A stretch of DNA of 64,000 bases from Sminthopsis crassicaudata (taxonomy: Eukaryota), in contig NC_133618.1 of NCBI RefSeq assembly GCF_048593235.1, positions 254,783,882-254,847,881 on the forward strand. The letters are read 5' to 3'. The notes beneath the pieces are model-generated. The model had not been told where the DNA came from. It was given only the letters and a program-made list of their open reading frames with translations, and did not search any database. The translations under genes were made by a program, and so were the position numbers. Shown here piece after piece: positions 57,951-64,000 of this stretch. Every line of letters starts with the position of its first letter. Positions within the stretch are counted from its first letter, which is position 1.

Positions 57951-59749
57951 TCCTATATTGCTTTCGAATGAATAGCTCAGTTTATCCTCTGGCACCAAGT
58001 AAACTATGGCTAAATTCTCTTTCACATGATAACCCTTCTAATAATTGATGATAACCATTATGTCCACTCTAGATCTTCTCTTCTCTAGGATAATCCCTGG
58101 AGTAGTTAAAAAAAAGGCATTTTTTTCATCCTTTCACTATCCTAGTGGCTTTTCTTTTGGATACTCACCAACACCTGATCAGGACATTGAATCCAAAGAG
58201 CTACACTTCACTCATTATTGATAAATACTTTTAAGGAAGTCTAAGTTCAAATTAGTTTTTTGACTGCCATGTTGCTTTGAAAAAACTCAGGTTGAATTTG
58301 CATTCTACTAAAATTCCCAGGTCTTTTTCATAAGAACTATTATCAAGCATATCTCCCTATTCATTCATTCAGGAACATTTATCAACTACCGACTATGTAT
58401 GAGTTGTTGGAAATGCAAAAATCACAAGATCATACATTTTGGAGCTTATACAAATCTTTTAAATCACCTAGTATAACTCCTTTATGTTAAGAATTAAGAA
58501 GATTGGGCCCAGGGAGGCCAAAAGACTTTGAATTCAAAGTCATAAAGGAAGTGCCCATAGCAGGATCTAGACTTGTCCCTGACTCTAAAGCCAGAACTCT
58601 TTCCATTGCATCATACAGAGTTTGTCCCTGGGACCATATTTTCAACTAGGATCTGCTGGGGGGAAAGGACAAAGACAATGGTAAGCATATACAATATGGA
58701 TTATAAAGGAATCAAAGGAGAGCTGCAAAGGGAGTTTTGGAGTGAGAGAGTACTTGTGTTTGAGACAGGAATCGAGTAGGGTTTCTTAGAGAAGGCACCC
58801 GAGCTGAGAGCTGAAGGCAGAGACAGCACAAATGCAGAGAACTAGGAGCGAGCATGCTGAGCACATGGCCTGAACCAGGTGAGAGAGTGCACAGACAGAG
58901 AAGTTGGGGCAGGAGTGATGATGAGATTCGGTAATGAAATACATGGGGGGGGGGAGGGAAATGACACATTAGCCTCACCAGGCTCACATCTGGTGAGTGG
59001 GATAGTGGCTACATGAACAGACGCAGGCCCAAATAGAAATTCTTCTGCTGGGTATTTGGAATTCTTCCTGCCCTTCATTCTACCTTAGGAGCCTCCTTTT
59101 TCCTCTTCCTGCACCCACAAGTGCACTTAAGTTGACCTTCTTGCTGTTCCTCATACAAAATTCTATCTTCCATTTTCTTTTACATTATTCACCTCATATC
59201 TAGTCTATAATCCCTCCTCACCTCCACTTCTAAGTTTTAGAATTCCTAGTTTTATTCAAAATCCAACTTTCTATTTCAATTCTGGCAATAGTGGGGCAAG
59301 TGGTGGAAGTTGGGAATTGCAGGAATTGTCCTTGTGGAGCATGATCTGCTCTCTGGTGGGGCAGCTGCTCTCAAGGATCACCCAAAAGGCCCTTTACTTT
59401 TTCTTACTCTCCAAAGTGTTATATGAAATCATAGAAACGTCATGAGAGCCGTGGTTCATCCTCTGCACCTAACTCCACACTAAATTAAGGCCCTCCCATG
59501 GAAAAAGGAGTACCATCACATCTTCTTCTATCCAGTTAGGAGGATAAGAAAATTGATAAGAAAATTCAGATCATGATTCAAGTACTGGTGAGCACAACAG
59601 CCATATAAACCATCATTTTCTCTTTTAGTGCAAAAAAAATACAATATGGGAGCTTTGGTTCATTTCCTTTGTTAACAATTAAAATGAATATTTTATGTCT
59701 AAGATTATGATAAGAACAATTTAAATATTATCTTTAAAATGTTTGGTTC

Positions 59750-60075
59750 ATAGCCTTGTGATGGAGAAAGTCATCTGCATCCAGAGAGAGGACTATGGGG
59801 ACTGAATGTGGATCACAATATAGTATTTTCACCTTTTTTGTTGTTGCTTGTTTGCTTTTTTTGTTTCTCATTTTTTCCCTTTTGATTTGATTTTTCTGGA
59901 AATATATTTAGAAAAATTATACATGTTTAACCTATATTGGATTACTTGCTATCTAGGAAAGGGAGGAAAGGAGGGAGAAAAATTTGGAACACAAGGTTTT
60001 GCAAGAATGAATGATGAAAACTATCTTTGCATATATTTTAAAAAATAAAAAGCTATTATTTTAAAAAAAGAAAAA
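59750..60075 (+). mobile_element. L1 3' UTR fragment
   Basis: catctgcatccagagagaggactatggggactgaatgtggatcaca, closely similar to 13430-13700. Confidence 0.85.
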
Positions 60076-61849
60076 AGTTTGGTTCAAATATCAATTTATA
60101 CATGAAATCCTTATCTCCCCAAACTGGAGTCCCCACCTAATCACCTTCTATTTATTTTGTTTCCCTAGTAAATATAAGCTCTGTGAAGCAGAGCATATTT
60201 CATTTTTGCTTCTGTATCCCTGGTGTTGAGCAGAGTGTCTAACATATAGCAGGCACTTAATAAATGCCTAATGATTGACTGACTGATTCTTCAGGTTACA
60301 GAACAGGACCAAGGACAGATCCCTGGGACAATACTAAAGAATGCTCTTCAGTCTGACATCAATTAACTACTATTTTGGGGAGCTGCTTGTTCAATGATGT
60401 TCAAATCCATCTAACTGCACAATGATCTAGTCCATGTGTTCCCATCTTGTCTATAAGGATAATTTCAGAAACTTTGTCATGCTATTTATTACTTGTGTGA
60501 TCTTGGGCACATTCTAACCTTTCAGCCTTAGTTTTATCATCTATAAAAGAAATGAATTGGGTCTAGGTGATTTTTAAGACCATTTCCATCTTTAGGTCTT
60601 GCTAAAATCCACATATATCATGTCTGAAGCATTCCCTTTGATTTACAAGTTTAGTAACCCTGTCAAAAACAATTGAGAATGTAAACTGAGATTCAGGAAA
60701 GAGAATGTGCTTAAAGTAACAGAATAAAGTAGTAACACTGTTGACACTAGAACCAAATTTTCTAAACTCCTGCCCATGGTTCTTTCCACCATGCATGTTA
60801 ATATGTTGTTAATATTGTTAATATAATTGTTAATATATCTATTAATTATGATCTTATCAATATGGGTATTACTACCAGTCATATATATTAACAATTCATT
60901 CCCATCTTCTTCCTCATCATATGCAATTCTTTTTTCATGTTATCTCATAAATCACATATAGAGGAATTATCAAACTAGATTTTTTATGTTTTGTGGCTAG
61001 CAAGACATTTGAGTTGTCCACTTATTATCCCTCTCTCTTATCATATGCTCAGCCCATCTCCTTTTCCAAACACATATTTCCTGGATGCTTTCTTTTACAC
61101 CATTTCTTATATTGTTAAAAGGCATTGAAATGCAATTTCCTGCCAATCCCTTGAGATAATACATTGTCTTCGTTGTTTACTCTCTTCTAAAGAATACTTT
61201 TAGGAGATATTTATGGCCAAACATCCTAAGAGCACACCTATTTCATCCTACCCTTCACTGGAATAAGCAACATATCATAGTAGGTACTATACTTAATGAC
61301 TTAAAGGGCATATTGTGAAGCAATTCTGTTCTTCACTATTCCCATTGTTCAGCAAAGAACCAATATTCCACATGGAAACCAGCATTTGACTGGTAATGAT
61401 GGTGACTTAAAATACCTGCAGAAATGTGTGCTCCTCATTGACTACATAGCCAAAGTATTCATCAATGATGATGTTTTGTAGTTAGACACCTTGGGCTTTG
61501 GCTTTGATGAATTCTAGCCTTTATTTTCAATGAATGAAAAAACACTTTAAACTTATTATATCCAAAATAGGTTTTTTCTTTCCCAAACTTTCTCCTCTTC
61601 CTACTTGTCCCATTTTTATCAGTGATATCAGTATTCTCTTAGTGACACAGGAAATTTGGGAATTAGAAGATCACAGACTCATGCTTAGATCGCATCTCAA
61701 AATAATCTGGTTAACTCAAAGCTAAAGCAGAAATCCAGCCTCTACTCAAAGAACTCCAGTGATGGAAAATTGTAGACAGAGTGTTAGCCTATAACAAGCA
61801 ATGGAAAAAAGTGAAGAGATCTGGGTTCATGTTCTGTCATTTGTTAATG

Positions 61850-62240
61850 TGGGCTGGCCACATTGTTTGAATGCCAAATGTATATTTGTCAAAAATATTT
61901 TATGGAGAACTCACACAGGTCAAGCACTCACAAGGCAGTCAGAAAAAGCGATACAAGAACACTCAAGGTCTCTCTTAAGAACTTTAGAATCCATTGTATG
62001 ACATGGGAGACACTGGCACAGGACCGCCCAGCATGGAATACCCTTATCAGAGAAGGTGCTGTGTTCTATGAGCAAAGAAGAATTGAATTAGCCCAAAAGA
62101 TATGTGAGTTGTGCAAAATTTAAAAAGCCATCCCAAATATTCATAGGAACTATTTGTGTTGGACCTGTGGCACTTCAAGCTCACACTGGTCTGAGCAGCC
62201 ACAGATCACATAGTGATGCCATTTTGCTCCTCTATAAGAA
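61850..62240 (+). mobile_element. RTE-clade LINE 3' fragment
   Basis: Frameshifted translation gives ..GH..MP....K..FYGEL.Q....G..KRYK.TLKVSLKNFRI.C.TWETLAQDRPAW.TLIREGA..YEQ.RIE, the RTE ORF C-terminus. Confidence 0.85.
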
Positions 62241-63244
62241 TAAAGGACAACCATCACAACAAGCTGTAACTATGTAGGCTGGCTTTCTTAGTCTGACCAA
62301 CAATAGGCCCCAGGCCAAGCCCCACTTGGTCTCTGTTTGGGCCTGAATTAGCTCAGAGTGAAGGTAATAGCTATTGTTTCTGTTTTGGTCAGAAACCCTG
62401 AGTGTCTTTACCTCCCATTTTGTGATGCTTATTAAGTGTGTGGGGGGGTGGATTCCTTTGTGAAGAAGTTAGACTTAGTGGCCCTTTCTACTTTGAAATT
62501 CTATAATTTGGTGATTCTGTTTCAAGGCTCTTATTATTTTGGGCAAATGACTATCTCACTTCTGTAAGAAAGAACAAAAATTAAAATGGTGTGGTAGACA
62601 GAGAGCTAGTCTTGGAATCAAGAAGGTCTGGTTTAAATTCTGTCTCTGATGCCGTGGAATCTTGGGTAAGCTCCTTCTAAATGCCTTAGGTAATTCCCTA
62701 GAATAGAGATAGATGGATTGTGACTTGTGTTGGAGAAGGGAGTGCTCATGTAGAGAGTTTCTCATACTGAAATATGTGAAAAATCACAGAACATTCACAT
62801 ATTTGAACAAGATGGGAATAATAATAATGATGCTCATAGAACCTATCTTACTCAGTTGTTATGAAGAAAAGTTTCCAAATCTCAAAGTATTCTAGAAACA
62901 TGAGCTATTATTATTATTAAAATTATTATTATATACACAATATACGGGAGTCAATCTGTATATCAACAGGTTATCTTTGATGTATGCAGTCCTACCTGTT
63001 GACCAATCATAGAGAGGTTTATATTCAAAAGTCAAGCAAGGTGAGCAGGAAGGACAAAGCCAAGAGATGAAACCGATCTCTACTCTAGATTGAGGAGTGC
63101 TTAGGAGGAAGAATTAGTTGTTGTTTTCCATTTCTCTACTTTCCTCACCCACATGTGGTTTAGAAGTTTTGATACAAGGGCCAAGTCTAATGTGAGAAGG
63201 CTCTGCTTTTGGCAGACTGCTGTTATTTCAGTCAGAAAACAACA

Positions 63245-63306
63245 TGTGTACACACACACACACACATACACACACACATACACACACTCTCTCTCTCTCT
63301 CTCTCT
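63245..63306. repeat. (CA)n(CT)n microsatellite
   Basis: Directly visible. Confidence 0.9.
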
Positions 63307-64000
63307 GGAAGAGTAATTATTGAGCACATTTATACAATCATTTAAAAAGTATAGGATATAAAGGAAACACTTCAATTCATTTTATGTTGCCTGATTTAAA
63401 TGAAAAGAATATGGAAAACAAATACTTTCATATTCTTTCTGACTCACTCATATATTTTCCCTGGAACCAAAATCTTTCCTCTCACTTAGAACTTAATGGA
63501 GATCTAGTCACAATATGTAGGATGTGATGAGGTAAAGGGCAATATCTTAGGTCTACCATGTACAGGCTGGTTTTAGTTTTTCCCTTTAAAAAGTATTAAA
63601 ATTGTCCTTGAAGTTTAATTGGTTCAGATTACTAAGGCTTAGACTGTTGATATGGTTTCCTGGTTACTTGTGTAAAAAAAAAAACAAACCCCAAATCCCC
63701 TACCCTAACTGCCCCCTGATGATTAATTTGGGGACTATGATGACCAGCAAAGAAGAAGGGAAACCGGCTAAATAAATCTCCTTTTATTAACTGTCAGAAC
63801 TTTTGTGAGTGTTTCACTTTATTCTAATATTGATCAGCCTGATCAGTCTGTAATGCTGGGTATCCAAATATATTTTCTAGGATTAGCTTAATTGACATGG
63901 ACCATTTGAGATCTGGTTTTTCTTTTTCACATGGTTTCTACTGTATCTCTTTTGCTCTTTCTTCTCTTTCTCCACTGTGCTTAATAAAGCATAACTTTTC

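Noticed and set aside
62255-62420. Possible LTR or novel element after the RTE fragment
   Set aside because: Looks like a fragment of a common marsupial interspersed repeat, but I cannot assign the family without RepeatMasker; not reported as a feature.
49450-64000. Further ZBTB46 exons or another gene
   Set aside because: No BTB or upstream zinc-finger (e.g. HTGERPY) coding sequence found; the region is repeat-rich intron.

Overview
Marsupial genomic DNA, probably a dasyuromorph (inferred from the WSINE1-type SINEs, Mar1, RTE and L1 repeat content). It is syntenic to human 20q13.33. Reconstructed by hand from splice sites and translation, the gene order is: last coding exon of TNFRSF6B/DcR3 (+, 1-192, missed by the ORF track); complete ARFRP1 (-, 7 coding exons, 201 aa); a CpG-island bidirectional promoter; complete ZGPAT (+, 6 coding exons, 515 aa); LIME1 (+, 5 coding exons, about 289 aa, with an anomalous acceptor); SLC2A4RG (+, 8 exons, about 438 aa); and the last coding exon plus about 5 kb 3'UTR of ZBTB46 (-). 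The last 14.5 kb is repeat-rich ZBTB46 intron (L2, L3/CR1, MIR, WSINE1, RTE and a young 5'-truncated L1 with a 16-bp TSD). No CRISPR, rRNA or tRNA genes were seen. Most ORF-track entries are spurious (CpG-island, antisense or repeat-derived). No wholly new gene system is evident. The best leads are regulatory or structural: the LIME1 acceptor that lacks AG, an orphan promoter-like CpG island in the predicted SLC2A4RG 3'UTR, a tail-to-tail polyA cassette, a polyglycine uORF in ZGPAT, and a 90-bp inverted templated insertion. All homology statements come from recalled protein and repeat sequences, not from database searches.
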